From contig CAVSMN010000010.1 of NCBI GenBank assembly GCA_963729045.1, positions 106,559 through 170,558 of the forward strand: DNA of 64,000 nucleotides, written 5' to 3'. The position numbers were made by a program, and so were the translations under genes. The notes beneath the pieces are model-generated. The model did not search any database. It saw nothing but the letters and a program-made list of their open reading frames with translations, and was not told where the DNA came from. Below, piece by piece: positions 33,400 to 44,264 of this stretch (positions are counted from its first letter, which is position 1; each line of letters starts with the position of its first letter). The stretch comes from an uncultured Nitrososphaeraceae archaeon. GTDB taxonomy: Archaea; Thermoproteota; Nitrososphaeria; Nitrososphaerales; Nitrososphaeraceae.

Positions 33400-34099
33400 T
33401 ATATTTGATGTTGTTTTAAAGTATTAATGTCTATTTCATATTACAGCAGATCCATCAACCAAGCATTCTTGAAGATCAATTTATTCGGCAAGAGGGTTTA
33501 ATTTGTTTCAAATTGTATAATTTAAACATTTGACTAACTCTAAGGTTATGGCTGCACCATCATTTGAAAAAGACGGGATCTCAAAATAAATTTGATAAAT
33601 TTGTAATAATAGACAGAGCAAAAATTACTCTAATAAAAGTAAGACACTCTTTTGTTATTCTGTTCAGTTGATTGTTCCTTAAGGATTGGAGAGTCACTAA
33701 TGAAAAACTAGCAACGCTCGCGTGTGTTTGTGATGTTGATAAGTCATAACCTTTCTTAAGCACAACTAGAGGGCATACTTATCGTGAATTTGATACTAAT
33801 CGAAGTTTTGTATATCCATTACTTTAATATTTCAATATTCAGGTCAAATGGCAGGAAGATGTAATTTATTCTTGTTAGAGAGAATGAAATCTAGAATTAC
33901 CGCATATTCTTTCCTAGAATCTAATTTATAGATCACCTTTTATTTAACAAAATATATAAAACTTGTAATTTTGAGGATATGAAAGTATGACATCGCTTTG
34001 CACGTTCAAAAAAGAATATTATGATTTTCAAAATAGACAAATGAAGACAGTTTCATGCGAATATGAATCTTTGAAATAGAAAAATGATAAAACTGGTCA

Positions 34100-34775
34100 T
34101 TAAGAATTAGGGTAGAAAAGAAGAAAAGGTAAAGCAATATTTAACATTTCTATAGGCGGCACATCTGTGAAATAACAACTACACAGTATTACCAATCCTA
34201 TTTGTTTGTCTGGATTGAATCCGACAAATGAACTATAACCGTCTATACCTCCATTATGCCAAATTACCTGATTTCCTAAATCAGTTGTGCTAAACCACGA
34301 CAATCCGATATATCCATAGTGGAACGATTCAAATCCTGAAGGATCATCAAATGGAACTTGTACTTCAGTAAACGGATGTCTAATCAAGTGACTTGTCTCC
34401 ATTGCGTTATTGAGCTTTGTATCCATCAATCCCATGTTAGCTGAGACATACTTTAGTAAATCATTAACTGTTGAGTACATCGCACCTGCACCTTGTACTT
34501 TTTGAGGGAGAAATATTAATTCACTTTCATTTCCTACCATGTGGCCTTTTGCAAATTTAGATACAATATTCTCAGAGTACTGATATACTTGTTGCATTCA
34601 TTGCAAATCCTGTACTATTCATTCCTAATACATTCCCTATTCTATCCTTAAGCAGTTGATCCAGGGGAATACCTGTTAATGACAGGACATGTCCTACCAG
34701 ACCCAATCCTATATTTGAATAAGCAGATTTAGTTCCTGGTTCAGTTGCTAGTGTTGAATTCGAAAGAAAATCATA
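34100..34775 (-). pseudogene. serine hydrolase (beta-lactamase class C-like), truncated and frameshifted
   Basis: EPGTKSAYSNIGLGLVG upstream in another frame; GAGAMYST, WHNGGIDGY; SxxK region missing. Confidence 0.8.
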
Positions 34776-35588
34776 AGATTTCTCCGGTAGAATGAAGGAT
34801 TATACTCTACCAAAAATCGAATACAATGAAAGTTCACTCAATTTCAAGGAGAAAAAAAAGAAATCGCTAAACTATTAAGAACAGATAGACATGAGATCCT
34901 ACTGTTCAAATCAGAAAATATTAGCACAAATCCAGATGAAATTCCAGAGGATGAAACTGCGATCACCGATAATATAATTAATTATGATTAATGGGTCAAC
35001 TCGGTCTATTAAATAGTTTTCAGAATAAAGCCAGATCGTGTACGGTTCATGTTAGACTAGATAAACTAAACACAAATTCAGACTTGGGTAAAATCATTAG
35101 CAACCTTATCTGTATCAGACAAAGGTATTGTTACTTCTCGTACGTTAGCAAGAAATGATGAAGTAATAATAGGAATATCAGGTTACCACATAGAAACTGA
35201 GACTAAAGAGGAGCATATCTGTATCTATTGGAAGTGAAATGTTGAATTAACACGCATGGACATATACCATACCCATATTCTCGTGCTCCAGTAGAGTGGG
35301 ATCATAAAACTAGGTATGGAGGATATGTTTAAGACAGAAATTTCGGAACTCGATGCCAACAAGATGAAATCAAGGTTAAGAAAGAGAAAGATAACTTGTT
35401 TATGAATCCGAGTTTGGGACTCTTAAAGTCTTTGATTATGTCGATTATTTCTTTTCATCTAAATACGTTAGTGCAATTTTACGATGGAATCTCCTGACAT
35501 ATTACTGCTATAATCCCAAACGGACTAAAATCCTCAGATCTATCCAAATTATTCTAATTTAAATATGCAATAGGACCTTAAACAACCG

Positions 35589-35912
35589 ATGAACGCATCA
35601 CATAAACTTTTTGGAATATTCGCAATCCATAGCCCAGAGTCTTGTCCGCTTAATAATACTAAAAGTAAAGAGATCTTTAAAGAAATACACAAGAAGCTAA
35701 AATCAAATGCTGTAAAATATGGAGTCAAAGAAATTAATGGATTTTATATGTCCGTACTAGAGCATGAATGGTTTATTCTGGTTCAATCAAATAATGCTCA
35801 TGATATTGAACAGCTATGTATCGAATCTGGGATATCATCTTTTAATACAGTAAAGATTGTGCCTCTGACAGACTATCAAGATGTCCTAAGCAGAATTAAT
35901 CAGAATCAATAA
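35589..35912 (+). CDS. hypothetical protein (HSPESCP motif)
   Basis: 107-aa ORF. Confidence 0.65.
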   Translation: MNASHKLFGIFAIHSPESCPLNNTKSKEIFKEIHKKLKSNAVKYGVKEINGFYMSVLEHEWFILVQSNNAHDIEQLCIESGISSFNTVKIVPLTDYQDVLSRINQNQ

Positions 35913-35989
35913 ATGGATATTTACTATCTTTATTTTCATCCTTTGTGGCTTTTTATATTCGTATAAATGCTAGACTAACTATACTAATT

Positions 35990-36140
35990 TCATTTTGTCA
36001 TGCGAGAATTTATGCTGAAAATAGATAATAATAGCACTAACTGCTGTATAGGTTTTACCACTCCCAGTCGCCTTTTGAATCAAGGCGCTGGATCTATTGT
36101 CTGATAATGACTGTTCTAAATTCTTTATTGCCTCCATTTG
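35990..36140 (-). pseudogene. type I restriction endonuclease R / DEAD helicase fragment
   Basis: QMEAIKNLEQSL...ALIQKATGSGKTYTA (Q-motif plus Walker A). Confidence 0.65.
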
Positions 36141-36269
36141 TCTTAAATTTAGAGCGATGCATTTTGAAACCAACCTAGATAAGTAGGTTCAATTTTAGAT
36201 TTGAAAGTAAGATATTACTTGACTATTCCGCTCTTTAGATTGTCCTTGGAAAATATGAGAGTCAGAATA

Positions 36270-36740
36270 CTTTTCTCCAAAACCAGATTGTGCACCTACA
36301 TTATTACCAGAGTTTTCTTGAACCTAGATATTGATGTTGTTGCCTGAATCAATTATTCCTTCAAAATTAGAACCCACGGTTATGGTGACGCTATCGGGTT
36401 TACTTACCAAACCCTGCTTGTTTGTCACAACCAGTTCAAAATGCAAATGTATGTTGGAATATGGTTCGGGGTGCTGTGAAGATTCAATTTACTGCTGTTG
36501 AGTTACTCAGAGTGACTCCAAGTCCGTTTGATCGAGTCCACTATTAAGTCAGTGTTTCATTCCTTGGGTCAGTACCACCATGGCCTTCTAAATGCACTGT
36601 CACACCAGAGTCTACAGTTTGGTCAAGTCCGTCATCTGCAATCGGCACTATTGACCCAATTACAGAGACAGGGTTTGAATTTGTGCTTGCTGCATACATG
36701 TTACCATTATCCTAATTGTAGGCTGTTACCTGTGGAGACC
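36270..36740 (-). pseudogene. PKD/REJ-like surface protein remnant
   Basis: PIADDGLDQTVDSGVTVHL, FELVVTNKQGLVSKPDSVTITV with stops and frameshifts. Confidence 0.65.
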
Positions 36741-36802
36741 CTCAAACTGGGTATGGTTCATAATACCTCATTAGTATCTGAATCTAGGTTCTTTTACAAA
36801 CA

Positions 36803-37519
36803 TTATTTTGGTGGAAGTTTTTCCTCTTCCTGCTCCTCTTCAGTATGAAGCAATTTGTACACTCCTGCTGCTATTAGTCCACCAGCAATTGGTGCTACCC
36901 AATAAATCCACTGATAAGCAAAATCCCAAGTTATTAAGGCAGGGCCAAAGGAGCGAGCTGGATTTAATGACCCTCCAGTAATTGAGCCTCCGAATATAAC
37001 ATTGAATCCGAGAGTAAAACCTATGGCTATTCCAGCCAATGGAACTATCTTAAAGTTTTTTGAAGTGGTTGTGGCCAATACAACATATACCAATGTAAAT
37101 GTCATTACTGTTTCTAAGATAAGGGCTCTTACAATGTTACCGTCGGAAGGCAATGTTACACTAGCTGACATTTCAGAGCCAAAAATTGAATAGACAACTG
37201 CAGCTGCAAGCACGGCACCAATAATCTGAGCAATGATGTACACAACTGCTTCCTTTCTACCAATTTTCTTGGCCACTAAGAGACCTATTGTAACTGCAGG
37301 ATTGACCTGTGCACCAGAACGATATCCTATGGCATATACAATAGCTGTTAAGACTAGAGCATGAACCAAACCTATTCCAATTACTCCTAATTGTCCACTA
37401 TCAGAATAGACGGTTGCAGCAGAAGCAATTGCATATACTAAAATAAAAGTACCTACAATCTCTACCAAAAATTTGTTTCTTAAAGACGGTCGGAAAATCT
37501 TTTGAACGTCTTTATCCAT
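36803..37519 (-). CDS. aquaporin (MIP family)
   Basis: SGAQVNPAVT and GGSLNPARSFGP (two NPA motifs), six TMs. Confidence 0.97.
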   Translation of the reverse strand: MDKDVQKIFRPSLRNKFLVEIVGTFILVYAIASAATVYSDSGQLGVIGIGLVHALVLTAIVYAIGYRSGAQVNPAVTIGLLVAKKIGRKEAVVYIIAQIIGAVLAAAVVYSIFGSEMSASVTLPSDGNIVRALILETVMTFTLVYVVLATTTSKNFKIVPLAGIAIGFTLGFNVIFGGSITGGSLNPARSFGPALITWDFAYQWIYWVAPIAGGLIAAGVYKLLHTEEEQEEEKLPPK

Positions 37520-37648
37520 GTTCCTTACTAATAGTCGCAAATATATTTAAATGATGGTATAATCCCAATTTTAGAGAATCAATGTCTTTTGAGTTGAGAT
37601 AATTGATAAAATTAGAACATCATATTCTTATGATTATTATTCATGTGA

Positions 37649-37689
37649 TCAAATCCCGCTTGAAAAGTGCAAAGTGCGGGATTTGAACC
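37649..37689 (-). repeat. tRNA-3'-derived repeat, hairpin form
   Basis: tcaaatcccgc-ttgaaaagtgcaaagt-gcgggatttgaacc. Confidence 0.92.
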
Positions 37690-38022
37690 ATAGTCTTTTG
37701 GCATCCTTTTATAACAAATGATTAAAAATCATTATCATGTATTAATTCACAAATTAATTCACAAATTATAAGAATCTTGGAATCTTACAAATTGTTGAAA
37801 ATTCTCAAATAATTCAATTGCCATGACTTAAAATACGACTAACAAAATAAAATTCAAAATGCAGTGCTCCCTATGACATTATTACCACTGATTTCAATGA
37901 TAAATTTAAGCACTATGACTATAGGTAATGTAGATGCACGAAAAATGGATACTGCTACATGTACCAGTAATAATGATGGAACCGTCGGTACGGTAACTTG
38001 TTGAGCATTAGATCAGGACACT

Positions 38023-38307
38023 ATGGTTCAATGGTGTACTACCTGTGTTAATACTAAACCCCCTAGTAACTGTTCAGAAGCAGAACAGCAATTTCATACC
38101 AAGGGTGGCGAAAATGCGAATCCAAACAATGGTGGGGTACTAAGTAGCGACGACTCAAGCAATCAAGGCGGCTCAAATACTGTTGATCCAGACAAGATTA
38201 TTGATGGAGGAACATTCAATGATGATGGCGGTTCAAGCAATTCGGGTGACTCAAATGGAGGGATTGATTCGAACAAAATCAATAGCGGTGCAGTATTTAA
38301 TCAATAA
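38023..38307 (+). pseudogene. Gly/Ser/Asn-rich secreted protein, 5' part disrupted (starts ~37830)
   Basis: In-frame TGA near 38002; signal-like sequence upstream. Confidence 0.55.
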
Positions 38308-38360
38308 GAATATCGCAGGAATCATATATAAATAACGTTATCTTATTTTACTTATCTATG

Positions 38361-38380
38361 AAGGTGCGGGATTTGAACCG
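38361..38380 (-). repeat. tRNA-3'-derived repeat
   Basis: aaggtgcgggatttgaaccg. Confidence 0.85.
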
Positions 38381-38546
38381 TATATTGTATCAGACAAACA
38401 CTAGTCAATTATTGACAATATCATGAAATACTTAATTACAGGCCATTAGAAGGGTTCTAATGAATAAAGTTTGGGTTATGCATCTAGCCTATTGAAAACT
38501 GAAAAACAAAATTAAGACAAATAAGATATACTTGCTTTAGAATCAA

Positions 38547-38924
38547 ATGATCATGTCTGAAAATATCCATATCAGAGCTGAATTCATCATAGAAAAAGAT
38601 AATGTAGAACAATTTAGAAAACTGATAAGAGAAATGAGCAATGTTGTTGAGACCAACGAACCAAACACATTAGTGTATCAGTTCTATCTTAACGGAGATG
38701 GAACAAAATGTATGGTCCATGAAACATATGTAGATTCCAAGGCTGTTTTATCTCACAATGATAGCACGGCTTCAAAAACAATTCTCCCTAGAATATTTAA
38801 CATAGCCAAACTAAGAACACTTGACGTTTATGGTAATCCCAATAATGAATTGAAAAAGTTGTTGGCAGGTTTCAATTCACAGATATTTAATTTGTATATA
38901 GGATTCAATCGGAAAAACGAATAA
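38547..38924 (+). CDS. ABM-family / quinol monooxygenase-like protein
   Basis: NEPNTLVYQFY, VHETYVDS, DVYGNP. Confidence 0.8.
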   Translation: MIMSENIHIRAEFIIEKDNVEQFRKLIREMSNVVETNEPNTLVYQFYLNGDGTKCMVHETYVDSKAVLSHNDSTASKTILPRIFNIAKLRTLDVYGNPNNELKKLLAGFNSQIFNLYIGFNRKNE

Positions 38925-38998
38925 TATGCTTCTCAATATACTAAATATTTATTTTCAATCACAATCACTTTATATGCTAACGCTTATTGTTATAGTTA

Positions 38999-40213
38999 GT
39001 GTTTTTAATCAAATCAAAATCAGCACCATTTATAGTTTTAAGCGTATTTTTTGGTGCATTCATGATTTTATCATCATATTCAACGTCATTCAATATATCC
39101 TTAATTTCTGAGACTTTGGCCCAGTCGGATCTTCAGATTGTCAAATATAGAAATTTAATCCTAGATTTGGGTGATGGAGTAAAGACTAATGCTCAATTAT
39201 CTTATCCTGCGATAGGTAAAGGACCATTTCCGGCAGTGTTGCTTATTCCTGGCTCTGGCGCAGTTGACATGAACGAAACCTTGGGCGAAAATATCAAACC
39301 ATTCTGGCAAATATCTCAATATCTTTCTGAGAGGGGATTTGCGGTACTAAAGTACGATAAAAGAGGTGTTGGTGAAAGTTTCACTATTTTGAACCCAAAT
39401 GTATGGGGAAATAATACAGTCGATGATCAAATTCAAGATAGCGAGAAAGCCTTGAATGTTCTCGTACATCAGCCTGAAGTAGATCCAAATAGGATAAGTA
39501 TAATTGGCCATAGCGAAGGTACACTTTATGCTCCAAGAGTAGCGGTTGATAATTCGACAAAGATAAGCAACATTATACTTATGGGTGTCCTAGCCCAAAA
39601 CCCTTTAAAAGATGTAGAGTACTATCAAGACGTTTCCTTACCATTAGAATACGCTATGCAAGTATTAGATAAAAATCACACCGGATTGATATCCATACAA
39701 CAAATAGTAACGGATCCTTTATTAAAGAACTTTTTGCTGCCTTCTTCAGTTTTGCATACTAATGATACCAAAGACATGACTAATACGTTAATTAAGGAAT
39801 TTGGTACTAGTGGGTACATAAATATTGATGAACAACTTAAACCTTTTCTGACAAAAGGCTATGAAAACATTACAGCATTCAATTTGCTAAAATGCAATAC
39901 TCTTGGAGTATGTCCTATATTATGGAAATCTTTATCTAATATGACAACAAATTTCAGCTTCATTGGTAACGTATCTAACTCTACAGGCATTCTAATACTT
40001 AATGGGGAAAATGATGCTCAAACACCAGTTCAACAAGCATTTTTATTGCATCAGAAGCTTAATGAAGTAAATCATACTGACCATACATTAATAACATACC
40101 CCGACCTTGGACACGTTTTTTATCCATCATCAAAATGGCAAACAGGGATCGGACCTATCAAACCTAATGTTTTGGCAGATTTATATTCATGGTTGGAGTC
40201 CCATTCAAGATAG
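38999..40213 (+). CDS. secreted alpha/beta hydrolase
   Basis: PAVLLIPGSG, YDKRGVG, GHSEG, GENDAQTP, YPDLGH. Confidence 0.9.
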   Translation: MFLIKSKSAPFIVLSVFFGAFMILSSYSTSFNISLISETLAQSDLQIVKYRNLILDLGDGVKTNAQLSYPAIGKGPFPAVLLIPGSGAVDMNETLGENIKPFWQISQYLSERGFAVLKYDKRGVGESFTILNPNVWGNNTVDDQIQDSEKALNVLVHQPEVDPNRISIIGHSEGTLYAPRVAVDNSTKISNIILMGVLAQNPLKDVEYYQDVSLPLEYAMQVLDKNHTGLISIQQIVTDPLLKNFLLPSSVLHTNDTKDMTNTLIKEFGTSGYINIDEQLKPFLTKGYENITAFNLLKCNTLGVCPILWKSLSNMTTNFSFIGNVSNSTGILILNGENDAQTPVQQAFLLHQKLNEVNHTDHTLITYPDLGHVFYPSSKWQTGIGPIKPNVLADLYSWLESHSR

Positions 40214-40367
40214 TAAATGGAGTTTTATTTCGCTTTTTATCAGACAGGACAATGTATTGTCATAAACCTTCGTTCTTTAGCAATAACCTATTAAAATGAA
40301 TTGAATGGCATAAAAACATGCTACTAAGAAAATTATATTGTCAATAAACAGTTAATTTGAGCATAAT

Positions 40368-40461
40368 AAAGTGCGAAGTGCGGGATTTGAACCCGTTTCT
40401 ATGACATGATTAGCCAAGGTTTAATTTACTATAGTTAATAACAATAAGGAACGGGTTCAAA
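40368..40461 (-). repeat. tRNA-3'-derived repeat (40368-40396) with inverted T-loop echo (40450-40461)
   Basis: aaagtgcgaagtgcgggatttgaacccgt ... aacgggttcaaa. Confidence 0.92.
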
Positions 40462-40690
40462 ATTATATATGCTTTAATGTTTTCATACTAATCGACTTTC
40501 GAGTATTCATCATTTTCTCTCTATTGTGTGCTATACACACTAATTGAATTTTTTCAGTTGCGGTGCGGAAACGAAAAAAAAGAATCAAGATAAACAGATG
40601 AAAATAATTTATTCTATCAATATTAGAAAAATAATTATTCAATGTCCCCCTTATGGTTCTATTTAAATTGATGAATTAGACTATTATAGT

Positions 40691-41863
40691 ATGAAATATT
40701 ATCTTTTAGGCAAGAGCGGCCTTAGAGTTTCAGAGATTTGTCTTGGTACAATGACATTTGGTAAAGAATGGGGATGGGGCGCCTCTAAAGAAGAATCTCG
40801 CAAGATCTTTGATGCATACGTAGATTCTGGTGGTAATTTTATTGACTCTGCTAATATATACACGGACGGAACAAGTGAAAAATATGTTGGAGATTTTGTT
40901 TCTTATGATAGAGATAGATTTGTTATTGCAACTAAGTATACTTCTAATACAAGAGCAGGAGATCCCAATGCTGGGGGAAACCATCGAAAGAACATGGTAC
41001 AATCGTTAGAGGCGAGTTTGAGGAGGCTAAATACGGACTACATTGATCTTTATTGGGTGCATGCATGGGATCAAACAACCCCAATAGAAGAGATGATGAG
41101 AGCACTAGATGACATGGTCAAATCAGGTAAGATCCTGTACATCGGAATTTCAGATGCTCCAGCATGGATAGTCTCACAGGCTAATACTCTTGCAAATCTT
41201 AAAGGATGGACAGAGTTTGCGAGCATTCAGATTGAATATAGTTTGATTGAAAGGACTTCGGAGCGGGAATTACTTCCTATGGCAAATGCCCTTGATATAG
41301 GAATAACAGCATGGTCTCCGTTAGGAAGTGGAGTCCTGACAGGAAAATATAACAAATCAAGTAATAAAGAGCATAAAAATAATACAGTAAATAAAGATTA
41401 CAAACAGAAAGAGAATACAACTAATGATGTTAATACTAGTACTAGTTCATCATCATCAAAGTTCGATCAGCAGACTAGTAATAGACTAAATGTAGCAAAT
41501 TTTTCAGAATTGTCAAATACTTTACTCAAAGAAAGAAATTTGAGAATTGCTGAAGAGGTTGTAAATATTGCTCAGGAGATTAAGCGTACTCCTTCACAAG
41601 TTGCACTTAATTGGATAAGACAGTCGAAAAAGATAGTTCGAAATAAGATAATACCAATAATAGGAGCAAAAGACCTTTTACAGATAAATGATAACTTGGC
41701 ATGTATGGAATTTGTGTTATCTGATGATCATATACAAAGATTAAATGAAGTAAGTAAGATAGAACTTGGCTTTCCGCATGATTTCCTATCCTCTGATGCA
41801 ATTAGGAATATAATTTACGGAGGAACTTACTCGTCAATATATAATCATAGAAAATTCAATTAA
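40691..41863 (+). CDS. aldo/keto reductase with low-complexity N/S/T/K insertion
   Basis: LGKSGLRVSEICLGTMTFG, FIDSANIY, IATKY, DYIDLYWVH, WSPLGSG. Confidence 0.95.
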   Translation: MKYYLLGKSGLRVSEICLGTMTFGKEWGWGASKEESRKIFDAYVDSGGNFIDSANIYTDGTSEKYVGDFVSYDRDRFVIATKYTSNTRAGDPNAGGNHRKNMVQSLEASLRRLNTDYIDLYWVHAWDQTTPIEEMMRALDDMVKSGKILYIGISDAPAWIVSQANTLANLKGWTEFASIQIEYSLIERTSERELLPMANALDIGITAWSPLGSGVLTGKYNKSSNKEHKNNTVNKDYKQKENTTNDVNTSTSSSSSKFDQQTSNRLNVANFSELSNTLLKERNLRIAEEVVNIAQEIKRTPSQVALNWIRQSKKIVRNKIIPIIGAKDLLQINDNLACMEFVLSDDHIQRLNEVSKIELGFPHDFLSSDAIRNIIYGGTYSSIYNHRKFN

Positions 41864-42051
41864 AGCAAGAGTTTGGACAGTTTTGGTTGTTCTTGATTGG
41901 GGGATTGGTGGTTCAGTCTCCTCAATTCTTTTTTTACTCATTCTCGCTCAAGTTGTTTCTACCCTCCTATTATCTATTTCAGTTAATGTTCCTATGTAAT
42001 TCATATATGGATGATAATACCTCTTAAATATAATTATGTAATTTTATACTC

Positions 42052-42408
42052 ATGGAGAAAAAAGCCATTATCGTTTCTACATTTGCAATATTGTTAACTA
42101 CTGGAATTTCAGCATCAATCCCTGTTAATATGACATACGCCAAACTAAACTGTACCGAACAAAAATGTACAGGTGGACAAGGAGGACAAGGAGGTGGAGC
42201 AGTAGGCAATTTTGCAATTGAAGATAACACTTTTACTCAATCTGGCGGTGGAGGTTCCTCATTTTTGCCAGGAGGAGGTGGCGGACACCTTGAATCTAAT
42301 TCTGAAACCGGCGATTTTTCCAGAAGTGGCGGTAGTTCTGATACAGGAGGAGGACGATGTACTGGTAACCTAAATGAAGGAGAACTTGAGTGCACGGGGA
42401 AAGATTAA
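42052..42408 (+). CDS. Gly-rich secreted protein
   Basis: Signal peptide, poly-Gly tracts, terminal Cys pairs. Confidence 0.7.
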   Translation: MEKKAIIVSTFAILLTTGISASIPVNMTYAKLNCTEQKCTGGQGGQGGGAVGNFAIEDNTFTQSGGGGSSFLPGGGGGHLESNSETGDFSRSGGSSDTGGGRCTGNLNEGELECTGKD

Positions 42409-42528
42409 ATTATTTTTATTTTTATTCACAAATCCCTTAATTTTTGATTTAGAATTGTATGGATTTATGAATATTCAAAGTTCTTGATGATGAATAAATT
42501 GGAAATAATATTGATTTATTATTTATTT

Positions 42529-42573
42529 TGATTTTTTCGCATGATCAAGGATGAATCGTCTTATTTGGGTACT
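42529..42573 (+). repeat. family-2 ~47-bp repeat, copy 3 (degenerate)
   Basis: tgattttttcgcatgatcaaggatgaatcgtcttatttgggtact. Confidence 0.65.
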
Positions 42574-42675
42574 CAGGCTAATTAATTCTAGAAGATAGTC
42601 GATCAGTTCTAGAATCTACTAACGTCTAAATTTAGACTAGTAATCCAAAATATGAGGTATTACAAAACTATTATT

Positions 42676-42789
42676 TTCAAATCCCGCTTGAAAAGTGCGA
42701 AGTGCGGGATTTGAACCCGCTTCTTCTTTTGTCCAGTTCAAATCCCTTTGTTCAGTGAGGGAGAAAGAGAACCCGCAATCCCTCTATCT
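42676..42789 (-). repeat. composite tRNA-3'-derived repeat (hairpin form plus second unit)
   Basis: ttcaaatcccgcttgaaaagtgcgaagtgcgggatttgaacccgc; 42735-42789 resembles the reverse complement of 63893-63941. Confidence 0.92.
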
Positions 42790-43000
42790 TTAGTTGTTGG
42801 TTATAGAGTAGGGATAATTTGACCAAGATAATCTTCTTACAAGATTACACCCTCTTTATATACTTCCTTGAGTGAATTTGGTTATGAATAATAATAGACA
42901 GGTAAGAAAAGAATTATCTTTTCCATTATAGTATTCATTTCTATACTCTAATTTTCTCAAGTATGACCATGAATCTAATGGTGCTTTACTAATATAGTGG

Positions 43001-43924
43001 ATGGGATCAAACAAATTTACCCAGACCAATTCAAGCAATACCACGAATTTGGTAAATACCCAAGACATTCCATTAGAAAAAGTCCATGTTGGAGATATTG
43101 AAATGGCGTATAAAATGTTTGGTAAAGGAGATCCCTTGATACTTCACAATGGTGCTTCTGATAATATGGATGCATGGGATCCAGCCCTTTTAAGCAGACT
43201 AGCGTCAAATAACACAGTAATTGTGTTTGATAGTCGTGGAATAGGAAATACTACTGCAGGTACCGAACCGTATTCTATTCAGTTACTTGGTAATGATACT
43301 GCGGGTTTAATGGACGCTTTGAAAATACAACAAGCAAACGTTCTTGGATATTCTCTAGGTACATTTACAACCCAACAATTTGCAATTACGCATCCTGATA
43401 AGGTTAGTAGTATTATACTTATTGCTGGAACCTGTGGTGGGAAAGATGGTATACCTAAACCGACTGAGTTTATGAAATCGATGTCCGAAATGGCAAATAA
43501 GTCTTCAAACAATGAATCCATGACTCAGGAGGATTTCAAATCCCTTGTAACTGCCTCATTAGGATCGGGATGGGTAAAACTGCATCCTGAATCTGCTGAT
43601 ATTCCAGAAAATATGACATTAGCAGCAGCAAAGCCTGGTCTTTCTCCTGAAGCAATGAACAATCAGATGAACGCTGGATTTGCTTGGGAGGCAACCAACT
43701 GGAATGGTGTTTGTGACAACCTTGCGAAAATAGACAAGCCCCTGTTAGTTATAACAGGAACAGACGACAATGAATATGTCCCACATGAAAACTCTTTAGT
43801 CATTGCAAACAAGGTTCCAGGAGCATGGCTTGTACAGATAAAGGATGCTGGTCATGCAGTTCCGGATCAATATCCTGATGAAGTCGGTAACATAATAGAA
43901 ACATTTTTGTCGACTGTAAAATAG
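43001..43924 (+). CDS. alpha/beta hydrolase
   Basis: FDSRGIG, GYSLG, ITGTDD, DAGH. Confidence 0.92.
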   Translation: MGSNKFTQTNSSNTTNLVNTQDIPLEKVHVGDIEMAYKMFGKGDPLILHNGASDNMDAWDPALLSRLASNNTVIVFDSRGIGNTTAGTEPYSIQLLGNDTAGLMDALKIQQANVLGYSLGTFTTQQFAITHPDKVSSIILIAGTCGGKDGIPKPTEFMKSMSEMANKSSNNESMTQEDFKSLVTASLGSGWVKLHPESADIPENMTLAAAKPGLSPEAMNNQMNAGFAWEATNWNGVCDNLAKIDKPLLVITGTDDNEYVPHENSLVIANKVPGAWLVQIKDAGHAVPDQYPDEVGNIIETFLSTVK

Positions 43925-43973
43925 TAGGAGACTAATCAGGAAAGAAGAATTAGATATTAATTTCGTACGCGAT

Positions 43974-44041
43974 GTAGACAAGCGGGTTCAAATCCTTATC
44001 TGAAGAAAGGAGAAGAAGTGCGAGGTGCGGGATTTGAACCC
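43974..44041 (-). repeat. tRNA-3'-derived ~65-bp element with terminal inverted repeats
   Basis: gtagacaagcgggttcaaatcc...gaagaagtgcgaggtgcgggatttgaaccc. Confidence 0.95.
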
Positions 44042-44264
44042 TAAGTGATTATTATGATCTTGTTTTCACAAAAATTGAAACCAAATAGATGAAAAATTCT
44101 GCCATTCTGATTCTTAGATTTGCTATCATTCTTCCTGTATCATTTGTTAAATTAATTGCATGTAATCCATTTAGATTGGATTATCTATGCTCAATTCGAG
44201 TGGGATTAATATCGATTCCAGTACAGGTCTTAACAAAAAGGGGTAATTTTTTGGATATTTTCCT

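Larger units (their letters stand above)
36139..37689 (-). repeat. ~1.55-kb module, copy A (aquaporin plus PKD remnant); inverted duplicate at 62347-63897
   Basis: Continuous similarity to the reverse complement of 62347-63897; right end is a tRNA-derived repeat. Confidence 0.95.

Noticed and set aside
36528..37193. Plus-strand ORFs 36528-36848 and 37002-37193, with counterparts near 62844-63615
   Set aside because: Antisense shadows of the aquaporin and PKD remnant; they recur only because the module is duplicated.
41350..41480. Intein or mobile insertion in the aldo/keto reductase
   Set aside because: Low-complexity N/S/T/K loop in a normally variable region; no intein splice motifs.
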